Positions 27,035-34,479 of a stretch of DNA of 64,000 nt are shown piece after piece (position 1 is the first letter of the stretch; each line of letters begins with the position of its first letter). Source of the DNA: Patescibacteria group bacterium (GTDB lineage Bacteria; Omnitrophota; Gorgyraeia; Gygaellales; Profunditerraquicolaceae). Location of the stretch: NCBI GenBank assembly GCA_035506195.1, contig DATJPV010000025.1, positions 22,494 to 86,493 on the forward strand. The letters run 5' to 3'. The translations under genes and the position numbers were made by a program. Under the pieces are notes generated by a model. That model did no database searches and had not been told where the DNA came from. It saw only the letters and a program-made list of their open reading frames with translations.

Positions 27035-28513
27035 TTATTCCTGCTTCGCATAAAGCCGCAAGAATTTGGCAAGCTTTATTTCCAACGGGAACTGATACCA
27101 GAAATGCTTTATCCTTTGGCGTGCCAGGGGTGCGTATGTTTTACAGAGGAACGAAGCCAGGGGGCTGGTTTGCCGGTAGGGCCGCAGGAACTCCTGCTCG
27201 CCGATAAGGTTGAGGCAGAAGTCCATCATCTCTACAAGGCGGCGCATCTTTTTCGACAGCCACGGCGCCCCTTGCGTAAGATTGCGGTAATGGAAAGGGA
27301 ACCACTCTTCTATGCGCTCGGGGAAACGCAGGCCGCTGTTTACCGCAATATCGAAGAGCTCGGTTCCGGGATAGGGGGTATAGATATTGAACACGGCGTC
27401 CGACTTGGCGTTTTCCTTAAGAAGCCTTGAGGCAAGGGAAACGGAAGCCGCAAGGTCCTCTTCGGTTTCTGTCGGGAAACCCATCATAAAAGCGTAATGC
27501 GGGGACATATCGAACTTTTTAAGAAACTTATTCATCTGGAGAAGCTGCTCTACGTCAACCGGCTTTCTAATCAGATCCTGGATCCTTTTGGAACCGGATT
27601 CAACCGCGATGGGAAGCCATCGGCAATTGGCTTTTTGGAGCAGCTCAAAGATCCTTGCATCCATCTTTAACAAAGTGAAAATGTCGAAGTTGATCTTGGA
27701 AATAATGACGCCGGAGTTGTCTTCAATCATCCCTTCCAGGATCTTACGGCCGCGCGGGATATCGAAAAAGAAGTTGGAGTCATTGAAGTAGAGGCCCTTC
27801 ACATGATATTCGCGCACGAAATCCTTGAGCCTTTTAATCACCAGGTCTGCATCCATAGGCCGCCACTTCCTTTTGTGAAAAGCGACATTGTAGCAGAAGG
27901 CACACTGATGCGGGCAGCCGCGGCTGGTAAAGAACTCCATATTCTCGATGCCGAATATTATCCGGGCATGCTTTTTGAGATCGATGAGATGGTAGGGCAG
28001 CGGCGGCTGCCTGTTCAGGTCTGCGAACGGACGAAAGCCGGTGTTTACGAGGCGGCCGTTATCCTTATACCATATCCCCCTGACCGTGCTCAAAGGCCGC
28101 TTGCCTTCAAGGGCCGCAAGGAGCTCCGGAAAGGTCTCTTCGCCTTCTCCTTCGACAACGATATCGATGTTATCGTTACGCAGGCTCTGTTCCGGAAGGA
28201 GGCTGACATGCGTACCGCCCCATACGACGGGAGTGTTGTTATACGCCTTAACCGCCCGGGAGATCTCCAGGGCATAACGCAGCTGCGGCCCGGTCATGGA
28301 TGAGACGCCTACGCAGACAGGGTCTTTTCGGAGCTCCTCTTCCAGCATGGGCTTCCAGTCGGGTTCGACCCGCTGGTCGATGACCTTGACATCGTATCCT
28401 GCCTCCAGGGCAGGAGCGGCGATGCTCAACAGGCTGATCGGGATCCCCACCCTGGGCCGGGCCTGCCAGCCTTTGATGATGTTTGGATATACAAGGACAA
28501 CGCGCTTTTTCAT
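27035..28513 (-). CDS. cobalamin-binding (class B) radical SAM enzyme, paralogue B
   Basis: VVWGGTHVS, then CPHQCAFC. 492 aa. The C-terminus FPLEIKLAKFLRLYAKQE matches FPFEIKLAKLLRLYAKQS of paralogue A. Confidence 0.85.
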   Translation of the reverse strand: MKKRVVLVYPNIIKGWQARPRVGIPISLLSIAAPALEAGYDVKVIDQRVEPDWKPMLEEELRKDPVCVGVSSMTGPQLRYALEISRAVKAYNNTPVVWGGTHVSLLPEQSLRNDNIDIVVEGEGEETFPELLAALEGKRPLSTVRGIWYKDNGRLVNTGFRPFADLNRQPPLPYHLIDLKKHARIIFGIENMEFFTSRGCPHQCAFCYNVAFHKRKWRPMDADLVIKRLKDFVREYHVKGLYFNDSNFFFDIPRGRKILEGMIEDNSGVIISKINFDIFTLLKMDARIFELLQKANCRWLPIAVESGSKRIQDLIRKPVDVEQLLQMNKFLKKFDMSPHYAFMMGFPTETEEDLAASVSLASRLLKENAKSDAVFNIYTPYPGTELFDIAVNSGLRFPERIEEWFPFHYRNLTQGAPWLSKKMRRLVEMMDFCLNLIGEQEFLRPYRQTSPLASFLCKTYAPLARQRIKHFWYQFPLEIKLAKFLRLYAKQE

Positions 28514-28598
28514 GACCTAGCCTTTCGCGGCTGTTTTCGTGTATGCCACATTATAACCCGGATCCGGGAATTATCAAGTAAATCAAGCGGCATTGTGC

Positions 28599-28627
28599 TT
28601 GACAATCTCCGCCGGTTGACATAGAAT
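28599..28627 (+). promoter_or_regulatory. sigma70 consensus promoter (TTGACA-N17-TAGAAT)
   Basis: TTGACAatctccgccggttgacaTAGAAT ends 10 nt upstream of ATG 28638. It sits in a 124-bp divergent intergenic region. Confidence 0.5.
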
Positions 28628-28637
28628 TCATAGCAGA

Positions 28638-29933
28638 ATGCGTATCGCTACGGTATTAAAAATCATCAAGACACAGCTGGCCCGGCACATCAGCCTGGTC
28701 CTGGCTGCCAACATGTCTGCCGCGGCCCTGGGGTTCATATCGCTGCTGCTGGTCGCCCGGGGCTTAAGCGTCGCCGACTTCGGGCTTTTTAACGTCGCCA
28801 TCTCGCTGATCCTCGTCATCCAGGTTTTTACGGCATTCGGCATAGACACAAGCATGGTAACGCATGTGTCTTCTTATCTTGGCAAGGAAAAGCCCGCGCA
28901 GGCCAAAGAAGTAGTCAGCGCCGGTTTTATCTTTATCATCATAAATACCTGCGCCGTCGGCCTGTGCATATATGCCGCCGCTCCATATATCGCAAAGAAT
29001 ATATTCCACCTGCCGCAGCTGGTCTCCCTGCTGCGCCTGGCCTCCCTGGGGATCGCCTGCGTGTCGCTTTTTAATTATACCAAAACCACATTCTACGCTT
29101 ACAAGCAATTCAAGCAGTATGCCTTTATTCTGCTGCTGGTCGACACCCTCAAACTTGCCGTCATCTTCACCCTGGCCCGTTCATCCAGGATAAGCGCCTC
29201 CTCTGCCGTAGCGGCCTTCGGCTTAAGCCCCCTGCTGGGAGCAATCCTGGGGACCTGGGTCTTACGGGACAAGTTCTCCTTATCGGCCAGGCAGGTAAAA
29301 AAGGCAATGTTGGGCCTGCTTGATTTTACGAAGTGGATATTTGTGAGCGATATGGCCAAACAGATATTCCCTTACGTAGGCACCTTCATGCTGGCAAAGC
29401 TGCTGGACAGCAAAGCGGCGGGGATGTACGGGCTGGCGCTTAATCTGACTTACGCATTCCCTATCCTGATCAATTCCTTCAACTCCGTCCTTCTGCCGGA
29501 GCTTTCCCGTTTTAAGCAGATATCGCAGTTTGAAAATTACCTGAAAACTTCTTTTAGGATATTATCATACCTGGTTGCCGCAGCTATCCCCTGCACTTTC
29601 TTCTCGGCTAGATTCATTATCTTCTTTTTCGGCAGCCGCTATGTGAATTCTATCGTCGTGTTGAACTGGCTCATTTTCAACTACTTGGTCACCGCAGTCA
29701 ACTCAACCCTGCTAAACCTGACGCTCTATTCCCTGAAGAAACCCCGCATTGTCGCGGTAAGCGATATCGCAAGGCTGACGGCCATGTTCCTGGGCTGCTT
29801 TTTCCTGATACCCCGCCTGGGAATAGTATGCCCGGCCGTCATTGCGCTGCTCATTAATACTTCTGCCGCAATATTCCTGGCCTCCTACGTCTTCAATCAC
29901 ATCAAGCTGGTCAAGTCGTTGTCGCCGGCTTAG
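28638..29933 (+). CDS. MOP-superfamily polysaccharide/oligosaccharide flippase (Wzx-like)
   Basis: 431 aa, 12-14 TM helices, with a polysaccharide-biosynthesis-protein-like N-terminus. Confidence 0.7.
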   Translation: MRIATVLKIIKTQLARHISLVLAANMSAAALGFISLLLVARGLSVADFGLFNVAISLILVIQVFTAFGIDTSMVTHVSSYLGKEKPAQAKEVVSAGFIFIIINTCAVGLCIYAAAPYIAKNIFHLPQLVSLLRLASLGIACVSLFNYTKTTFYAYKQFKQYAFILLLVDTLKLAVIFTLARSSRISASSAVAAFGLSPLLGAILGTWVLRDKFSLSARQVKKAMLGLLDFTKWIFVSDMAKQIFPYVGTFMLAKLLDSKAAGMYGLALNLTYAFPILINSFNSVLLPELSRFKQISQFENYLKTSFRILSYLVAAAIPCTFFSARFIIFFFGSRYVNSIVVLNWLIFNYLVTAVNSTLLNLTLYSLKKPRIVAVSDIARLTAMFLGCFFLIPRLGIVCPAVIALLINTSAAIFLASYVFNHIKLVKSLSPA

Positions 29934-30729
29934 TTGCCTTCACGCAGGTAAAATAACCCGACAGGTACTTCAGGGGGCTTTTCTCCAGCCGTTCGCATAT
30001 GCCCAAGAGCTTCAAAAAACATCCCGTGGCCGTGTTGCTGCGCAGCAAAGCCACAAGAGAGCCTATCCAGATCGCAAAAAACCTCGGACAATGCACGATA
30101 GCACCGGTATACCTGACCTTAAACCCCTGTCCTTCCAGGACGCGTATTAATTCCGATCTTGAAAGAGTAGCCCCCATGTAAAACGGGATAATGCCGGCGG
30201 ACTTAAGCAGGCCGTAGGGCAGCGCATTCCTGAGCCGGATCACCGGGTTCAAGGGATTATCGAGCGTCAGGATCAGTTCTCCTTTGGGTTTCAAAACCCG
30301 GAATAATTCCTTGATGCCGGCGACGATGTCATCTTTGGAGGGGAAGTGGTCAAGCGTAGAATTGGAAATAACCGTATCAAAGGAATTGTCTTCGAAGGAA
30401 AGCTTGCGGATGTCCGTCACCACGATCCCCTGCAGGGCGATCTTCTGCCGGGTGAGCCTCTGGCGGGCATGGCCGGCGACCGCAGGCGAACAATCCATAC
30501 CCACCAGGGAAAGCCGCTGCGGGCTCAGGAGGGAAAACAGGCTGTGGTCGGTTATGGTCTCGTCATACAGGTCGGTTTTAAGCCACAGCTTCCCCGGGGC
30601 GTTATTCCCATCGAAGATCATCCTCCGGTAGATCTCTTTTAAATGGATCCTCCAGACATCCTCTCTTGCGCTCTTGAGGTTCCGGTCGGCGATCGCATCC
30701 CAATACTCGCTATTGGCCTTTACGCTCAT
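29911..30729 (-). CDS. class I SAM-dependent methyltransferase
   Basis: Motif I (LVGMDCSPAVAG), acidic post-I (VTDI), motif II/III (FDTVISNSTLDHF...LKPKGELILT). Confidence 0.75.
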   Translation of the reverse strand: MSVKANSEYWDAIADRNLKSAREDVWRIHLKEIYRRMIFDGNNAPGKLWLKTDLYDETITDHSLFSLLSPQRLSLVGMDCSPAVAGHARQRLTRQKIALQGIVVTDIRKLSFEDNSFDTVISNSTLDHFPSKDDIVAGIKELFRVLKPKGELILTLDNPLNPVIRLRNALPYGLLKSAGIIPFYMGATLSRSELIRVLEGQGFKVRYTGAIVHCPRFFAIWIGSLVALLRSNTATGCFLKLLGICERLEKSPLKYLSGYFTCVKATKPATTT

Positions 30730-30733
30730 CGGT

Positions 30734-31954
30734 TCAAAATCGCCCCTGCATCCTTTTCGTAAAGTATTCTGCCGAAGCGCTCTTCACCAGGGGCCGAGGC
30801 AGCAGTCCGTTACGATACAAACTCATGCCTGACAAAAACAGCATCCCGCGCAATGACTTCTTTTCCGACGAGGCCTTTACGCGGCCAAAACGCTCCAGCG
30901 CTACTTCTTGGAGCGCCGCCAGGGGCCTTTTCCCCGCGCCGAAAGTATCCCGGATAAGATCCGATACCTGCGCGAAGAATACCGTCCCGATATCCCTGTC
31001 TATCTCTTGAGGCCGAAAGCCGGCAAACTCCATCGTCCCGCCGAGGATGCCTCCGCAATTAGCAATGAAGTGCGGGATGCAAATCACGCCTTTTTGAAAA
31101 AGGATGTCTTCTGCCTCGGTGGTGAGGGGAAGGTTTGCGCCGGGCGAGATCAATCCGGCCCTGATCCGGGAAACGTTGCCCTTATGAATACTGCTGCCTA
31201 TGGCGCAGGGGAAAAGCGCATCCACATCCAGCTCGACAAGGGCTCCCGGCTCCAGCCTCTGTGCGCGAAAGTCTGCGCTGCGTTCGACGATCCTGCTGCC
31301 CAGCTCCTGCCGTAATTTCAACAAAGCAGGGATATCCAGCCCCTCTTTTGCAAAAAGGGTTCCCCTGCTCGTAGACACCGCCACGACCCTGCTGCCCAAC
31401 CGATACAGGTTTTCGGCTACGGCAGAACCTACGCTGCCGAAGCCCTCTACGGCAACGGTCGCTCCCGCCAGATCCATGCGCGCAAACTGTGCCCCTGCCT
31501 TTGCGCAGGCAATCACCGTTAAGCTTGTATACCATCCGCCCCTTTCCGTTACCAGGGCCCTTGCGGGAACCGGCCTTCCCAGGGTTTTCAGTGCAGCAGT
31601 AATGCAGTCGCGGTCTGTGCCCACATCCGGATAAGGCTCATACACCACCTCCCCCAGGATTGCCTGCGCCTTCTTGAGGAACTTCTGCAGAAGAAAAACC
31701 TTTTTTTCCTTAGGGGCCTCGTCATCGCAAGAGATACCGGCCTTTGCCCCGCCGTGCGGCAGGCCCAGGAACCCGAATTTCAGGGTCATGGCTTCTGCCA
31801 GGCCTGCCATCTCCTGCGCATCGATACCTTGCCGTATCCGTAAGCCCCCGCAACAACGGTTATTGATCAGGGAGTCTACCGCCAGCCACCCCTGCAGGCC
31901 GCAGGCATCATCGGTGACCGGGAAAACCTGCGGCAGCTTAACGGTCCGGCTCAT
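30734..31954 (-). CDS. Glu/Leu/Phe/Val-dehydrogenase-family amino acid dehydrogenase
   Basis: Substrate-domain signature CCGGLRI...MTLKFGFLGLPHGGAKAGI (compare GGxR...MTYK...GGGK). NAD(P) Rossmann motif VAVEGFGSVGSAV. Confidence 0.65.
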   Translation of the reverse strand: MSRTVKLPQVFPVTDDACGLQGWLAVDSLINNRCCGGLRIRQGIDAQEMAGLAEAMTLKFGFLGLPHGGAKAGISCDDEAPKEKKVFLLQKFLKKAQAILGEVVYEPYPDVGTDRDCITAALKTLGRPVPARALVTERGGWYTSLTVIACAKAGAQFARMDLAGATVAVEGFGSVGSAVAENLYRLGSRVVAVSTSRGTLFAKEGLDIPALLKLRQELGSRIVERSADFRAQRLEPGALVELDVDALFPCAIGSSIHKGNVSRIRAGLISPGANLPLTTEAEDILFQKGVICIPHFIANCGGILGGTMEFAGFRPQEIDRDIGTVFFAQVSDLIRDTFGAGKRPLAALQEVALERFGRVKASSEKKSLRGMLFLSGMSLYRNGLLPRPLVKSASAEYFTKRMQGRF

Positions 31955-32939
31955 GAGGCCTCCTGATGGATAAAAACGTTATACAACAGGCAAAAACGAA
32001 AGAGCTGTAAAAAAGATAGAACCAGTGGAACGGTATTGCCCGGACGGTGAAGAAAAAACCTTTTGTGCGCAGGAAAAATGCATACAGGTCCCGGTTCAAA
32101 TAAACCAGGCCCCCGGACAGCGCAAAAAACATAAAGGCAAGAAAAGGAAAGCACCACGCAAAAATCACGGATAAAAATAGGAGCAGGGAAAACGCGCCGC
32201 TTAGCCTATCGGAGAGCTTGAAATTCAGGTCATACGGCAGCCCTCTTTTTGCCGCAAGCCTGGTCCAGGGGATGGTCCGGTGCAGTATGTCGGATCTGAT
32301 CAGGCTGATAAAACCCCATTTTTTCAAGTGCGTAACCTGAATATCCTTAACCAGTTTTATCTTATTGCCCCCTGCGGCCAAATCATACCCTAATGCCACA
32401 TCTTCAATCTCCGGATTAAGGTATTTTTCCAAGAACCCCCCTGCCTTCAAAAAAACATCCCTGCGGACCGCCCCGCAGCCCGCCCAAAATGTCTTTGCCT
32501 GGACGCTGGCATGCTGATGCACAAAATAGTGGTGAAGGTTCTTGTATTGCGAAAAGAAATTCGCAGCCGCCGGGGCAGCATCATAGGAGCCAAAGATCGC
32601 GGCAGCCTCTTTATCCTCTTGGAAGGCCGCGGCTACTTTTGAGACCGTATCCGCGGCAACCCTGACATCGGCATCTACGAAGAAAAGGACCTGGCCCCTG
32701 CTCTTCTGGACGCCAAGATTACGCGCCCTGGCCGGGCCGGCCCTGTTTTCAAGCACAACGACCGTATCGGCCCAGGGGCGCGCAAGTGCCGCGGTCCCGT
32801 CGCTTGAGGCATCATCCACGACGATAAGTTCAAAAGACGGGTAATCCGACCGGCGCAGCGCCTGCAGGCATGCGGTCACATAATCCTTGGCATTGTGGGC
32901 GGGAACGATAATGGAAACCAGAGTGCGGTTAGCGGGCAT
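31938..32939 (-). CDS. family 2 glycosyltransferase with C-terminal TM helices
   Basis: GT-A N-terminus (VSIIVPAHNAKDYV...VVDDASSDGT, DxD FFVDADV), then 2-3 TM helices. Confidence 0.8.
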   Translation of the reverse strand: MPANRTLVSIIVPAHNAKDYVTACLQALRRSDYPSFELIVVDDASSDGTAALARPWADTVVVLENRAGPARARNLGVQKSRGQVLFFVDADVRVAADTVSKVAAAFQEDKEAAAIFGSYDAAPAAANFFSQYKNLHHYFVHQHASVQAKTFWAGCGAVRRDVFLKAGGFLEKYLNPEIEDVALGYDLAAGGNKIKLVKDIQVTHLKKWGFISLIRSDILHRTIPWTRLAAKRGLPYDLNFKLSDRLSGAFSLLLFLSVIFAWCFPFLAFMFFALSGGLVYLNRDLYAFFLRTKGFFFTVRAIPFHWFYLFYSSFVFACCITFLSIRRPHEPDR

Positions 32940-34428
32940 TAATCTTTAAGTATAATCCTTTTTCCGTATAATCTTTCCTCTCATCGCAGCTGAACATTTC
33001 TCTGCGGTTATTTTCGTCATCCAGGGCCCGGGCAGCCAGGAACCCTTCTTCAAGGGCGGCGTCCATATTAAGGTAACGGAACCGGCCCTGCCTGCCGGCG
33101 ATCACAAGAGGATCGAAGCCCTGCAGATACGCGTAAATTTTGCGCAGGCGCTCCTTGTAATCCAGCAGGTACACCGGATACGCGTGCGGCGCATAGGTGG
33201 AAAAATAACCCAGTATCTTATTTTCTACGGCGATGCCCATCTTGGCAAGGTCATGCACGCAGAACTTAAGCAGGTCCGCATCGGGCATCCTCCAGAGCCT
33301 GCCTCCCTCCTCGCAGGCAACCTCAAGGGTAAGCGCTGTTTTTCCGGGAGGGCAGTTGGCCGGGTGCCAATTGCATACTTCCTGTATGCGAAAGAAAATG
33401 AACTTTCTTTCCGGCACATAGATCCAGGTATTCGAGGTGATCTGCGATGTATCAAGCATGACGTTCAGGAAGCGCACGGAACGCAAATGCAGGCCCCTTG
33501 CGGCATCCAGCACATCAGCCGGCGGCAGGGGTCGAAAGGAAAAAATGAATTCGTTCAAGGGGATAGTAGAGATAACTTTGTCGGCCAGGATCTTTCTCGG
33601 AGTTCCGTCCCGGGAAACAACGGTGAGCAAAAAACCCTGCGCCTGAGGGCAAATCTCCGCCAGGCGATGACCGGTAAGGATGCGCGCGCCGGCGGCGCTG
33701 GCATGCTCGGCGATGCGGCGGGGGATCTGGCCGATGCCTCCTTGGGGATATACGAATTGGCGCGCATACGTTTTGATGTGCTTGTCCTTTTTAAAGAGCA
33801 GGTTCCTTAACGCCAGGCCCATATTCGGCACGGAGATACGCTGCGATGCCCATTCCGCGGAGATCCCCGAAGTCTTTCTCCCCCAGAGCTTATAGGAATA
33901 AGGCCCAAAGTAGATATCGTAGAGGGTCGGCCCAAAACGGCGCATCATCCAGTCTTTCAGGGAGATTTCCGCGGGCAATCTGAACAGATGGCTGGTTAAC
34001 CGGAAATAGAGGCTGTCTATGCCGCTCTTCAGGCAGGTAATCGGCCCCAGGTTCTTAAGGATATCCGCGAACTCCGGCGGGTAAGCCAGGAACTTGCCCT
34101 TAAGGTAGATCTGGCTGAGCCTGTCCCTTAACGCAAGTTCTCCGGGGACAGGGAATAAAGAACTGACATAGTCTGCGGTCTGCTGGTTATGCGGCAGGAA
34201 CCTGTGCCCGCCCAGATCGAAGATAAAGCCATCCTGCGCAAGACTGCGGCACATCCCTCCGACCGAGTTTTCTTTCTCGATGACCATGACGCCTGCGCCC
34301 TGGCTGGCAAGCTTATCTGCCGCTGCCAGGCCGGCTAAGCCTGCGCCTAAGACGACGATTTCCGTCTTTTGCTGGTCTTCTTTCATGCCGTTATCTCCTA
34401 TCAATAGAAAAGGCGCTCTCTGGTACAC
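32929..34428 (-). CDS. FAD-dependent oxidoreductase (amine-oxidase / protoporphyrinogen-oxidase-like fold)
   Basis: Dinucleotide-binding motif VVLGAGLAGLAAA...VIEKENSVGGMCRS. The start is possibly MKEDQQ at 34386. Confidence 0.7.
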   Translation of the reverse strand: MYQRAPFLLIGDNGMKEDQQKTEIVVLGAGLAGLAAADKLASQGAGVMVIEKENSVGGMCRSLAQDGFIFDLGGHRFLPHNQQTADYVSSLFPVPGELALRDRLSQIYLKGKFLAYPPEFADILKNLGPITCLKSGIDSLYFRLTSHLFRLPAEISLKDWMMRRFGPTLYDIYFGPYSYKLWGRKTSGISAEWASQRISVPNMGLALRNLLFKKDKHIKTYARQFVYPQGGIGQIPRRIAEHASAAGARILTGHRLAEICPQAQGFLLTVVSRDGTPRKILADKVISTIPLNEFIFSFRPLPPADVLDAARGLHLRSVRFLNVMLDTSQITSNTWIYVPERKFIFFRIQEVCNWHPANCPPGKTALTLEVACEEGGRLWRMPDADLLKFCVHDLAKMGIAVENKILGYFSTYAPHAYPVYLLDYKERLRKIYAYLQGFDPLVIAGRQGRFRYLNMDAALEEGFLAARALDDENNRREMFSCDERKDYTEKGLYLKINAR

Positions 34429-34479
34429 CTACCGAGCGCCTTTTCTGTATCGTAAATAAAGAACCTTGGCTGCCTTTAA

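Noticed and set aside
25733-28303. ORFs 25733..26377 (minus) and 27803..28303 (plus) inside the two B12-radical-SAM paralogues
   Set aside because: Each is antisense to a well-supported radical SAM gene. They resemble each other only because the host genes are paralogues.
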